Shown piece after piece: positions 1 to 8,113 of a DNA stretch of 64,000 bases (positions are counted from its first letter, which is position 1; each line of letters begins with the position of its first letter). Under the pieces are notes generated by a model. The model had not been told where the DNA came from, searched no databases, and was given only the letters and a program-made list of their open reading frames with translations. This DNA comes from a virus. The DNA is taken from positions 120,914-184,913 of the IMG/VR virus record IMGVR_UViG_3300025141_000022, one strand, 5' to 3'. A program made the translations under genes and the position numbers.

Positions 1-2
1 CA

Positions 3-218
3 TACTTCCCCCGCAATGTGATCCTTGTTGGTCGTCGCGGAAGCAGCTTCCTAGAAAGCGGCTATGTTTACGCTCCATATGTACCACTACAGATGACTCC
101 CACCATCTTTGGACCAGAGGACTTCGTGCCCCGTAAGGGCGTGATGACTCGCTATGCCAAGAAGATGGTACGTCCAGATATGTATGGTGTAGTCGTTGTC
201 CAGAACTTGTTAGGCTAG
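3..218 (+). CDS. Major capsid protein, C-terminal part (T4 gp23-like), 5'-truncated by the window
   Basis: Open frame from nt 3 (YFPRNVILVG...). YAPYVPLQMTP...PRKGVMTRYAKKM resembles the gp23 C-terminal YxPYVPLQ...PxxGxxTRY motif. Followed by a terminator and neck genes. Confidence 0.8.
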   Translation, partial: YFPRNVILVGRRGSSFLESGYVYAPYVPLQMTPTIFGPEDFVPRKGVMTRYAKKMVRPDMYGVVVVQNLLG

Positions 219-249
219 TCCGAAACACGATTTGAACAGCAAATCATTT

Positions 250-290
250 AAGCCCCCACATTAGTTTTAATGTGGGGGCTTTCTGTTTAT
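250..290 (+). terminator. Rho-independent terminator after the capsid gene
   Basis: AAGCCCCCACATTA-gttt-TAATGTGGGGGCTT is a perfect 14-bp stem followed by a T-rich tail. Confidence 0.9.
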
Positions 291-294
291 TGAA

Positions 295-302
295 ACTACT
301 TA
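295..302 (+). promoter_or_regulatory. Putative late-promoter motif ACTACTTA
   Basis: Member of the recurrent (A/C/T)CTAnTTA motif upstream of structural genes; 20 nt before ATG 323. Confidence 0.55.
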
Positions 303-322
303 ATGTAGGAGATTCTATATAA

Positions 323-1609
323 ATGCCAACAACCCTAAGCCCCTCAAGTGACACTAATACCATTGTTTTGCCCATTACGGGCTCTGTAACGGAAGTTGCT
401 TCTGCTTGTCCGTTTGGAATCTACACAGGTTCTGCTGATTTTCTATCCGGTGCAACGGATCAGATTGCATACACATACAAGAAATTAGGCGGAGATGTAT
501 TAGATATAGAGTTGTCTTCTTCACAAGTTTATGCGGCATATGAAGAGGCCGTATTAGAATATTCATACATCGTAAACATACACCAGACCAAAAACACTCT
601 TTCCACTTATTTAGGCCACACAACAGGTACATTTAATCATAATGGAGAGCTTAAATCAGGAACTTTGTCTTCTAGCTTAAGTGGAACCCACGCTGCACTT
701 AAATATCCAAAATACGAGATATCGTATGCAAGAAGAGTTTCTGACGCATTCTCAGGAGAGGCCGCCGTTGGTGGAAGTCAGACAATGTATTCTGCCTCGT
801 TCAGTATTACGGCCAGTCGTCAGGATTATGATCTACAGAATATCATTTCTGGCGCTGCTGAGTCCAATTATGACGATGGAACTGGCAAAACAGTGCCATA
901 CGCAGGAAAAGTGGGTTCCAAAAAGGTTAAAATTCACAAAGTCTATTATAAAACTCCAAATGTTATGTGGAGATTCTTCGGGTATTATGGCGGCGTTAAC
1001 ACGGTTGGAAATCTTGGTAATTATGGTATGTTTTCGGACGACTCAACGTTCCAGATTATTCCGTCTTGGCAGAACAAGATGCAGGCGATAACATATGAGG
1101 ATAATATCTTCACTAGGGTGTCGCACTATTCGTATGAGATTGTCAATAACAAATTAAGGTTGTTTCCAACGCCCCAGGGGCCCACTGCTGATACATTTTG
1201 GGTGACGTTTACGATCCCCGAAGATCCTTTCGTAGATGATTCTGATGTAGATCATGGTATTAGCGGAATCAACAATATGAACACTATGCCATTTGAAAAT
1301 ATACCTTATGGGAATATCAACTCAATCGGAAAGCAATGGATTAGGCGATTTGCTCTATCATTAACAAAGGAAATGTTAGGTCAAGTTAGAGGAAAATTTG
1401 CAACTATCCCCATACCCGGCGAATCCGTCACTCTCAATGCAGCAGAATTGTTATCTCAAGCAAAAGAGGAGCAAGAAAAGCTCCGAGAAGAGCTTAAGAC
1501 AGTATTGGATGAACTTACTTATGCAAAGATTATGGAAACAGATGCCCAAATGATGGATTCTGCTGGAAAGATACAGGAAAAAGTGCCATTGGCGATCTTT
1601 GTAGGATAG
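323..1609 (+). CDS. Neck protein (T4 gp13-like head completion protein)
   Basis: 428 aa directly after the MCP. LGGDVLDIELSSSQVYAAYEEAV and WIRRFALSLTKEMLGQVRGKF...IPIPGESVTLNAAELLSQAKEE are typical of gp13-like proteins. Confidence 0.7.
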   Translation: MPTTLSPSSDTNTIVLPITGSVTEVASACPFGIYTGSADFLSGATDQIAYTYKKLGGDVLDIELSSSQVYAAYEEAVLEYSYIVNIHQTKNTLSTYLGHTTGTFNHNGELKSGTLSSSLSGTHAALKYPKYEISYARRVSDAFSGEAAVGGSQTMYSASFSITASRQDYDLQNIISGAAESNYDDGTGKTVPYAGKVGSKKVKIHKVYYKTPNVMWRFFGYYGGVNTVGNLGNYGMFSDDSTFQIIPSWQNKMQAITYEDNIFTRVSHYSYEIVNNKLRLFPTPQGPTADTFWVTFTIPEDPFVDDSDVDHGISGINNMNTMPFENIPYGNINSIGKQWIRRFALSLTKEMLGQVRGKFATIPIPGESVTLNAAELLSQAKEEQEKLREELKTVLDELTYAKIMETDAQMMDSAGKIQEKVPLAIFVG

Positions 1610-1622
1610 GGAGGGATAGAGC

Positions 1623-2123
1623 ATGTCACAAGACGACAATAATAAATGGTCCCAGCCCGCAGCGCCGCCGCCACCAATGTTTGTTGGCAAAAAAGAGCGT
1701 GATTTAGTAAAACAGGTCAATGATGAGCTAATAGAAAGAGTGATTGGCCAGCAGGTAATTTACTATCCTATTGATATGGGCAGCACCAACTTTCACTCAG
1801 TTTATGGTGAAGCTATTAATAAGAGCTTTTTGCCACCAGTTAGAGTATACGCCTTGATTGAATTTGATGGCATTAGCACCAAATACAGTAATAAGATAGG
1901 TTTGGACAAGGAAATGTCAATTACAGTGCATTTTCACAAGAGAAGATTAACCGAAGATCAAGATTTATTTGTCCGCGAGGGTGATTTTGTTCTTTACGGA
2001 GATACATATTATGAGATAGTAACATTAGCTGAACCAAAACAGATGTTCGGTCAAATAGACCACAGAATGGAAATATCGGCTAAGTGTATTAGAGCTAGAG
2101 AGGGTCTTTTCAATGCCGGCTAA
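1623..2123 (+). CDS. Neck protein (T4 gp14-like)
   Basis: 166 aa. VIYYPID...VYGEA and EGDFVLYGDTYYEI; synteny between the gp13-like and gp15-like genes. Confidence 0.65.
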   Translation: MSQDDNNKWSQPAAPPPPMFVGKKERDLVKQVNDELIERVIGQQVIYYPIDMGSTNFHSVYGEAINKSFLPPVRVYALIEFDGISTKYSNKIGLDKEMSITVHFHKRRLTEDQDLFVREGDFVLYGDTYYEIVTLAEPKQMFGQIDHRMEISAKCIRAREGLFNAG

Positions 2124-2937
2124 AGAAATAGAACTTCAACCATCCTCGTTGCAAACGATTGATGAAGCTTTATTTGAACTAATTGATGAGACAATGCGTA
2201 TTTTCTCAACTACTAACGATGGATGGAAAAAAGTCCCTGTTTTATGGGCTTCAGCCGAGCGTGCATATCAAATTAAGCACAACAAAGAGCTTAGAGACTC
2301 CAAAGGGGTATTAAAGTTGCCTTTAATAACTGTTGAAAGAACAGCAGTTTCTAAAAGCTTAACCAGAAAGGGTGCCCTGTATGCGAATGTGCCAGAATAT
2401 GGCCCAGAGGGCGGCGCGATTACAATAGGTAGGAGAATAAAGCAGGACAAGACTGCTAATTTCCAAAATGCCGACGCAAAATATAAAAGAGGACAAATTA
2501 ACTTTCCTAGAAAAAGCAAAAAGGTTGTATATGAGACATTATCAATACCATTGCCGAAATATATTGATTTGACGTATGAAGTCACGATCCAGACTGAATA
2601 TCAACAACAAATGAATGAGGTCTTAACACCATTTCTGACCAGAACAGGTTCAATTAATTATTTCACTCTTAGGAAGAACGGGCACCTTTATGAAGGGTTT
2701 ATTGACGAGGATATCTCTCAAGACAACAACACATCGGATCTTGGTGAAGAAGAAAGGACTTACAAGTCAACGATTACTATCAAAGTTTTGGGCCATATTA
2801 TTGGAGACGAAAACAACCAAGAGAAGCCAAAAATTGTTGTCAGAGAGAACGCAGTCCACGTTAGAATCCCCAGAGAACATGTACTTTTAGAGGACGAACA
2901 CCCAGATGATTGGAAAGGCGGCTTTTATCGAGAGTAA
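2113..2937 (+). CDS. Tail terminator / sheath stabilizer (T4 gp15-like)
   Basis: 274 aa. KVPVLWASAER...LPLITVER and PKYIDLTYEVTI...MNEVL; lies immediately before the sheath gene. Confidence 0.65.
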   Translation: MPAKEIELQPSSLQTIDEALFELIDETMRIFSTTNDGWKKVPVLWASAERAYQIKHNKELRDSKGVLKLPLITVERTAVSKSLTRKGALYANVPEYGPEGGAITIGRRIKQDKTANFQNADAKYKRGQINFPRKSKKVVYETLSIPLPKYIDLTYEVTIQTEYQQQMNEVLTPFLTRTGSINYFTLRKNGHLYEGFIDEDISQDNNTSDLGEEERTYKSTITIKVLGHIIGDENNQEKPKIVVRENAVHVRIPREHVLLEDEHPDDWKGGFYRE

Positions 2938-2970
2938 AAATAGTAATTTTGGATTTTTGACTTTCTATAG

Positions 2971-2978
2971 ACTATTTA
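2971..2978 (+). promoter_or_regulatory. Putative late-promoter motif ACTATTTA
   Basis: In the AT-rich gap before the tail sheath gene. Confidence 0.55.
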
Positions 2979-3058
2979 CTATCGAACAATATGTAAGTGT
3001 GTTTGCTAAAAAAACATATTATTTTTAGTTACTAGTATCAACGAGGAGAATACAAATA

Positions 3059-5965
3059 ATGTCAGTAAAGAAATTTCGCTTTGTATCACCAGGAATTTTT
3101 ATTAACGAAGTTGATAATTCCCAATTACCAGCGCCCGAAAGAGCTTTTGGACCGGTGATTATCGGAAGAACAACGAGAGGCCCAGGAATGAGGCCAGTTA
3201 AAGTCAATTCCTTTTCGGAATTTGTGGAAACTTTTGGGACACCAGTCGGTGGCAAGGCCGGCGGTGATGTGTGGCGAGATGGAAACAGAGTTGGGCCCAC
3301 ATATGCTGCATACGCGGCTCAAGCGTGGCTTAGAGCCAATACAGGACCAGTTACCATGGTTCGTCTTCTTGGAACCGAAAATGCCGATAAAACAAATAGT
3401 GGCCGTGCTGGCTGGGAAACTAGCGCCGGCGTTTCGCCAGATCAATCTGCTGGTGGAGCCTATGGACTCTGGGTTGTTAACTCTGGTTCGACCACAAACG
3501 GAGTTACTGGCTCTCTAGCTGCTGTTTGGTACTTAGATCAGGGCTCTATTGAACTTACAGGGACAATTCGCGGCCAAGCCGCAGGCCATGGCTCCTCGAC
3601 AATGGGTGGCACTAGCGTTCAAGGCACCGGTGTTCTAATCGAATCAATTGGGACTTCTAAAGAATTCAAGGCCATTATTAAGAATTCATCCGGCGCAGTT
3701 GTACACACAACAGCGTTCAACTTCGACCCTGATTCTGACAAATACGTTCGTAAAAGATTCAATACAAATCCGCAACTTTGCAACTCTAGTATTGCTACAG
3801 ATCAGAAGACTTATTGGCTTGGTGAAACTTTTGAAAGACACCTTGACGAATATGTTACTGGATCCGCCGCCGGCGAAAACTACGGTGTACTTCTCGGCCT
3901 CGAAAGCGGAAGTTATGAATGGAAGGACAACAGAGGTCCGTTTCAGAATGCAAGAACAGGCTATTTTATTAGTCAGGACATTACCACAAATAGTGGCAGC
4001 TATAGCCCCGAAGCTATGCAGAAGCTGTTCTACTTTGTCGGACTTGATCATGGAGCATGGTTGCAAGACAACCTTAAAGTGTCGATTGAGGATATTAAAG
4101 CTTCTAGCAACTCCTCAACGCAATATGGCTCATTTTCAGTTGTACTTCGTAGAGTAAATGACCACGACGGCGCCGTCCAAATCGTAGAAAGATTTTCAAG
4201 CTGCAACTTAAACCCTAATTCGATTGATTATGTTGCAAGAAAGATCGGTGATCAGTATGCATCTTGGAGCGATACCGAGAATAGGTATATCTGGCATGGA
4301 ATTTACCAGAACCGCTCTAGATTCCTCAGAATCGTCATGAACCAAGATGTTGATAATGGAACAACGGACGCAACATACCTCCCATATGGTATTTATGGCC
4401 CAGTTCGACCCACAGGATTCACGGTCCTCAGTGGCTCAGACAGCCTGTCTACTTATGGAAGCGACACAGCTAGTACAGCGTTAGGAAACCATTGGGTCAG
4501 AGGTTCAGACGATATCGTGAACTCCCTAGGTGCCACAGAGACAGGAAGTATAGCTTCAGATGTGTTTGTGAACGTTGGCGGAGTAGGAACGGCCGCTGCA
4601 CCAAGATTGTCCTTCACGGGCTCTTTTAGGTGGCCAGAGATTCCATTGCGCCAGACCGCTTCAGCTACAACTGAGTACTTTGGTGCCGATACAACCAAAT
4701 ACGGTGCAACCGTATCCCGACACGAAGAGAGTGTTTCAGATGTCGTCCGCCCGTTGCCAGTTAGTTTGGGAGAAACTTACAGCTTTACTCCAGATAACTT
4801 GGCGACCGAGTACTCTTGGGTATTCTCTCTAGATGACGTTATTATTTCGGGAAGTCAGGCGCATTATAGCTCTGGATCCCGTGTTGCTGGAACATCAGCT
4901 ACCGCTGTCAGTGGAACATATCAAGAAATTATTGATAATGATTATAACAGATTTACTTCTGTCTTCTTCGGCGGCTTCGACGGCTTGAACATTAAGGAAG
5001 CAGAACCTTTCGCCAACCGAGTGCTAGATGCATCTGAAAGTCAAGTTGACAACTATGCATTTCACACTTTGCGCCGCGCAATTTACGCAGTCGCAGATCC
5101 AGAGGTGATAGAGTGTAACTTAATGGCCATGCCCGGTGTTACAAATGAAACCATGACCAAGCATCTGCTTGACACATGTGAAGACCGGGCCGACGCATTG
5201 GCAGTTATCGACTTGAAGGGTGATTATAAACCTTTCACCGAAAACAGCAATTCTGAAGCTTCTAGAGTTGGAAATGTGACCACCACGATTCTAAATCTTA
5301 AGCAGCGTGGAATTAACAGCAGCTACGGTTGTTCCTACTATCCATGGGTACAAATCAGAGACACTGAGAGCAGCAAGCTATTGTTCTGTCCTCCATCTGT
5401 AGTAGCTCTTGGTACTTTTGGTAGCTCTCAGAGAAGAAGCGAGATTTGGTTCGCACCAGCAGGCTTCAATCGCGGAGGGTTGACTGAAGGTTCAGCCGGC
5501 ATCCCAGTTGTGGGTGTGCGTGAAAGGCTAACTTCGAAGCAGAGAGATGATCTATACGAAGCGAATATTAACCCAATTGCTACATTCCCAGCAGAAGGAA
5601 TTGTTATCTTTGGTCAGAAGACTCTACAAGTGACTCCTTCCGCTCTAGATAGAGTTAATGTGCGCCGATTGATGATCTACTTGAAGAAGCAAATTTCAAG
5701 ATTCGCGGCTGAGATCCTGTTCGATCAGAACGTCCAAACTACATGGGATAGATTTACCGGAAAGGTGAACCCATTCTTGGATAGTGTCAAGTCTAGACTA
5801 GGACTAACCGAATACAAGGTGGTGCTTGATAGTACAACGACAACGCCAGACTTGATTGACAGAAACGTTCTATATGCCAAGATTTTCTTGAAGCCAGCTA
5901 GAGCAATTGAATTTATCGCGATTGACTTTGTTATCACGAATACCGGAGCTTCTTTCGAAGATTAA
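3059..5965 (+). CDS. Tail sheath protein (T4 gp18-like)
   Basis: 968 aa. N-terminal FVSPGIFINEVD; C-terminal WFAPAGFNRGGL, INPIATFPAEGIVIFGQKTL, LDRVNVRRLMIYLKK and IFLKPARAIEFIAIDF. Confidence 0.95.
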   Translation: MSVKKFRFVSPGIFINEVDNSQLPAPERAFGPVIIGRTTRGPGMRPVKVNSFSEFVETFGTPVGGKAGGDVWRDGNRVGPTYAAYAAQAWLRANTGPVTMVRLLGTENADKTNSGRAGWETSAGVSPDQSAGGAYGLWVVNSGSTTNGVTGSLAAVWYLDQGSIELTGTIRGQAAGHGSSTMGGTSVQGTGVLIESIGTSKEFKAIIKNSSGAVVHTTAFNFDPDSDKYVRKRFNTNPQLCNSSIATDQKTYWLGETFERHLDEYVTGSAAGENYGVLLGLESGSYEWKDNRGPFQNARTGYFISQDITTNSGSYSPEAMQKLFYFVGLDHGAWLQDNLKVSIEDIKASSNSSTQYGSFSVVLRRVNDHDGAVQIVERFSSCNLNPNSIDYVARKIGDQYASWSDTENRYIWHGIYQNRSRFLRIVMNQDVDNGTTDATYLPYGIYGPVRPTGFTVLSGSDSLSTYGSDTASTALGNHWVRGSDDIVNSLGATETGSIASDVFVNVGGVGTAAAPRLSFTGSFRWPEIPLRQTASATTEYFGADTTKYGATVSRHEESVSDVVRPLPVSLGETYSFTPDNLATEYSWVFSLDDVIISGSQAHYSSGSRVAGTSATAVSGTYQEIIDNDYNRFTSVFFGGFDGLNIKEAEPFANRVLDASESQVDNYAFHTLRRAIYAVADPEVIECNLMAMPGVTNETMTKHLLDTCEDRADALAVIDLKGDYKPFTENSNSEASRVGNVTTTILNLKQRGINSSYGCSYYPWVQIRDTESSKLLFCPPSVVALGTFGSSQRRSEIWFAPAGFNRGGLTEGSAGIPVVGVRERLTSKQRDDLYEANINPIATFPAEGIVIFGQKTLQVTPSALDRVNVRRLMIYLKKQISRFAAEILFDQNVQTTWDRFTGKVNPFLDSVKSRLGLTEYKVVLDSTTTTPDLIDRNVLYAKIFLKPARAIEFIAIDFVITNTGASFED

Positions 5966-5988
5966 TAGATGATTTTTGAAACTAAGAC

Positions 5989-5996
5989 ACTAATTA
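5989..5996 (+). promoter_or_regulatory. Putative late-promoter motif ACTAATTA
   Basis: Before the tail tube gene, followed by the SD GAGGAG. Confidence 0.55.
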
Positions 5997-6021
5997 AGAT
6001 TAAGAGGAGAACAACAAACTA

Positions 6022-6573
6022 ATGTCAGCAAACTTTTGGGGCAACCCTGAACTAGAACCAAAAAGAGCGTATAGATACACTCTAGAAATCCCCGAATTGG
6101 ATGGTGCCAAATGGATTGTAAAAAAGGTCAAGAAGCCTTCTTTTACGGTTACTGAAGCAGAGCATTCTTTCATTAATCATAAATTTTACTATCCTGGCCG
6201 CGTTGAGTGGGACAAGATCTCACTTACAATTGTAGATCCCATCTCTCCTGACGCAACTCAGAATTTGATGTCAATCCTCTCAGCAGCTGGCTATGTGTTT
6301 CCAGAAACAGAAGCTGATGCACTCTCAACCACGATTACCAAAAATGAAGCTTATCAAGCTCTCGGTGGTCAGGTTATTATTAGACAAATTAGTGGCGGAG
6401 AAGTCGGAAATCCTCAGTCAACAGTAATTGAAAAGTGGACTTTAAAGAATTGTTTCATTACAAGTGTTGATTTTGGAGAATTAGATTATGATTCTGATGA
6501 TTTGGTTAACATTGAGATAGAAATAAGGTATGATTGGGCTGTATTTGAAAAGCCTGAAGGGGAAAGTCCCTGA
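6022..6573 (+). CDS. Tail tube protein (T4 gp19-like)
   Basis: 183 aa after the sheath. KFYYPGRVEWDKISLT and IEKWTLKNCFITSVDFGELDYDSDDLVNIEIEIRYDW. Confidence 0.85.
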   Translation: MSANFWGNPELEPKRAYRYTLEIPELDGAKWIVKKVKKPSFTVTEAEHSFINHKFYYPGRVEWDKISLTIVDPISPDATQNLMSILSAAGYVFPETEADALSTTITKNEAYQALGGQVIIRQISGGEVGNPQSTVIEKWTLKNCFITSVDFGELDYDSDDLVNIEIEIRYDWAVFEKPEGESP

Positions 6574-6623
6574 TAATTTGGGCACCCTTTAAATATATAA
6601 CAAATAAAACACAAGAGGTATAA

Positions 6624-7484
6624 ATGCCAAGAAATAATAGATCACGCACCGGATTACCGGATGAAATGCCTGATCGCAAGCAACCAGAAGGCTCCGCACC
6701 TACAGCCTCTGGACTAGACTTTGTTGCACCTACAGAGTTTGTAGAGCTTCCCAGTGGAGGTAGATTTTACGGAGAAGGGCATCCACTACACGGGCAAGAC
6801 ACTATTGAAATTAAATATATGACAACAAAGCAAGAAGATATTCTTACTTCACAAACGTTGTTAAAAAAAGGCGTTGCGATCAACCGAATGTTGCAGTCTC
6901 TTTTGGTCACTCCAGAACTTGACGTTAAAGATCTGTTAATTGGAGATAAGAACGCCCTAACCGTAGCAGCCAGAATTAGTGGTTACGGGCCTGATTATAA
7001 AGTTCAATTGACGTGCCCTAGCTGTAATCATGTTGGCGAAGCGGCTGTAGACTTACAGCAAAGCATCACTGTAGTGGATGGTACCGATTGGGGCGAATTA
7101 GCTATTGAAAATGGTGAAAACAACACTTTTATTATAACTTTACCTAAAACTGGCGTTCGCCAACAGGTCCGTCTAATGAATGGCCATGACGAAGCTAGAA
7201 TTGTGGAAGAAGCCAAAAAACAAAAGAAGCACAAATTGGCAGTTTCGACACTAAGTGATCAAATGAAGAGGGTTACAGTATCCGTAAACGACATCACAGA
7301 CAGGGCTAGAATTTCTGATTTTATCAGTAAAATGCCAGCTTTGGACGCAAGATATTTTCGAAAAGCTTATCAAAAAGCCACTCCCTCAGTTAGATTGATG
7401 CACGATCATGTTTGCCCGCAATGCGACTACGAGTCAGACCTGGAGGTTCCGCTTCAGGCGGAGTTTTTTTGGCCTCAGTCTTAA
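6624..7484 (+). CDS. Tail assembly chaperone / baseplate hub assembly protein (T4 gp26-like)
   Basis: 286 aa. VELPSGGRFY...IKYMTTKQEDIL, two CxxC pairs (CPSC, CPQC), ending EVPLQAEFFWP; located between tube and tape measure. Confidence 0.7.
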   Translation: MPRNNRSRTGLPDEMPDRKQPEGSAPTASGLDFVAPTEFVELPSGGRFYGEGHPLHGQDTIEIKYMTTKQEDILTSQTLLKKGVAINRMLQSLLVTPELDVKDLLIGDKNALTVAARISGYGPDYKVQLTCPSCNHVGEAAVDLQQSITVVDGTDWGELAIENGENNTFIITLPKTGVRQQVRLMNGHDEARIVEEAKKQKKHKLAVSTLSDQMKRVTVSVNDITDRARISDFISKMPALDARYFRKAYQKATPSVRLMHDHVCPQCDYESDLEVPLQAEFFWPQS

Positions 7485-7668
7485 ATATATGAAATCTGTG
7501 TACGAACAGTTTTTTGCGCTGAAGTATCACGGTGGCTGGAGTTTTATTGAGGCTTATAATTTGCCGCTAGGGCTAAGAAAGTGGTTTGTGGAGCGCTTAA
7601 TACAAGAAATAGAAAAAGAATCAGAAGCGATTCAGAAAGCCAGCAAGAAGAACAACAGAAGCCGATGA
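7465..7668 (+). CDS. Second tail chaperone segment (T4 gp51-like), in the +1 frame; possibly produced by frameshift
   Basis: FFALKYHGGWSFIEAYNLPLGLRKWFVERL resembles gp51-type C-terminal segments. No SD before ATG 7489. Overlaps the upstream ORF at a T7 run (7464-7470). Confidence 0.6.
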   Translation, partial: FFGLSLKYMKSVYEQFFALKYHGGWSFIEAYNLPLGLRKWFVERLIQEIEKESEAIQKASKKNNRSR

Positions 7669-7674
7669 GAGGTG

Positions 7675-7710
7675 AGCCAGAAAAACTCTTTCTGGCTTTT
7701 CTTTTTTTTT
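7675..7710 (+). terminator. Rho-independent terminator
   Basis: AGCCAGAAA-aactc-TTTCTGGCT stem followed by a long T tract. Confidence 0.85.
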
Positions 7711-7718
7711 ACTACATA

Positions 7719-7726
7719 CCTATTTA
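7719..7726 (+). promoter_or_regulatory. Putative late-promoter motif CCTATTTA
   Basis: Directly after the terminator and before ORF 7745 and the tape measure gene. Confidence 0.5.
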
Positions 7727-7744
7727 TTACTAGGGGAACTATAT

Positions 7745-8101
7745 ATGAATCCTATTAAAGAAGACAAAATAGCGCCAATTATTATTGATCTAAATATTGC
7801 CGCAAAGCAAGAAATTAATGAAAGTGTTCTAAAAATGCTTGGTTCGTGGATTGAGCTTATATTGGGAAGAATGTTTGATAAGACCCCTAGCAGAAGCCAG
7901 AGGCTTAGAAATGTACGAATTAGAGGCAATAGGGCCCAAATAGACTCTTTCGCTAATGCTGTTCAAGGAGAGGCCAAGTTTATTAAAGCTTATCACAGAT
8001 ATGGATTAGATGATCCAAGAACGTACAAGACCAAAGCCAGTTTATCTAAAGCTGTGAGAAAATTTGAACAAGCTACAAAGTTAAAATGGCCTTTTGACTA
8101 G
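7745..8101 (+). CDS. Hypothetical protein (118 aa) preceding the tape measure gene
   Basis: Clean ORF with SD-like GGGGA; N-terminal IKE/INE motifs. Confidence 0.6.
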   Translation: MNPIKEDKIAPIIIDLNIAAKQEINESVLKMLGSWIELILGRMFDKTPSRSQRLRNVRIRGNRAQIDSFANAVQGEAKFIKAYHRYGLDDPRTYKTKASLSKAVRKFEQATKLKWPFD

Positions 8102-8113
8102 GAGGTATAAATA

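Noticed and set aside
7408-7464. ORF-track start at 7408 for the second chaperone segment
   Set aside because: It lies inside the conserved CPQC region of the upstream gene with no SD; the meaningful sequence starts after the T7 run.
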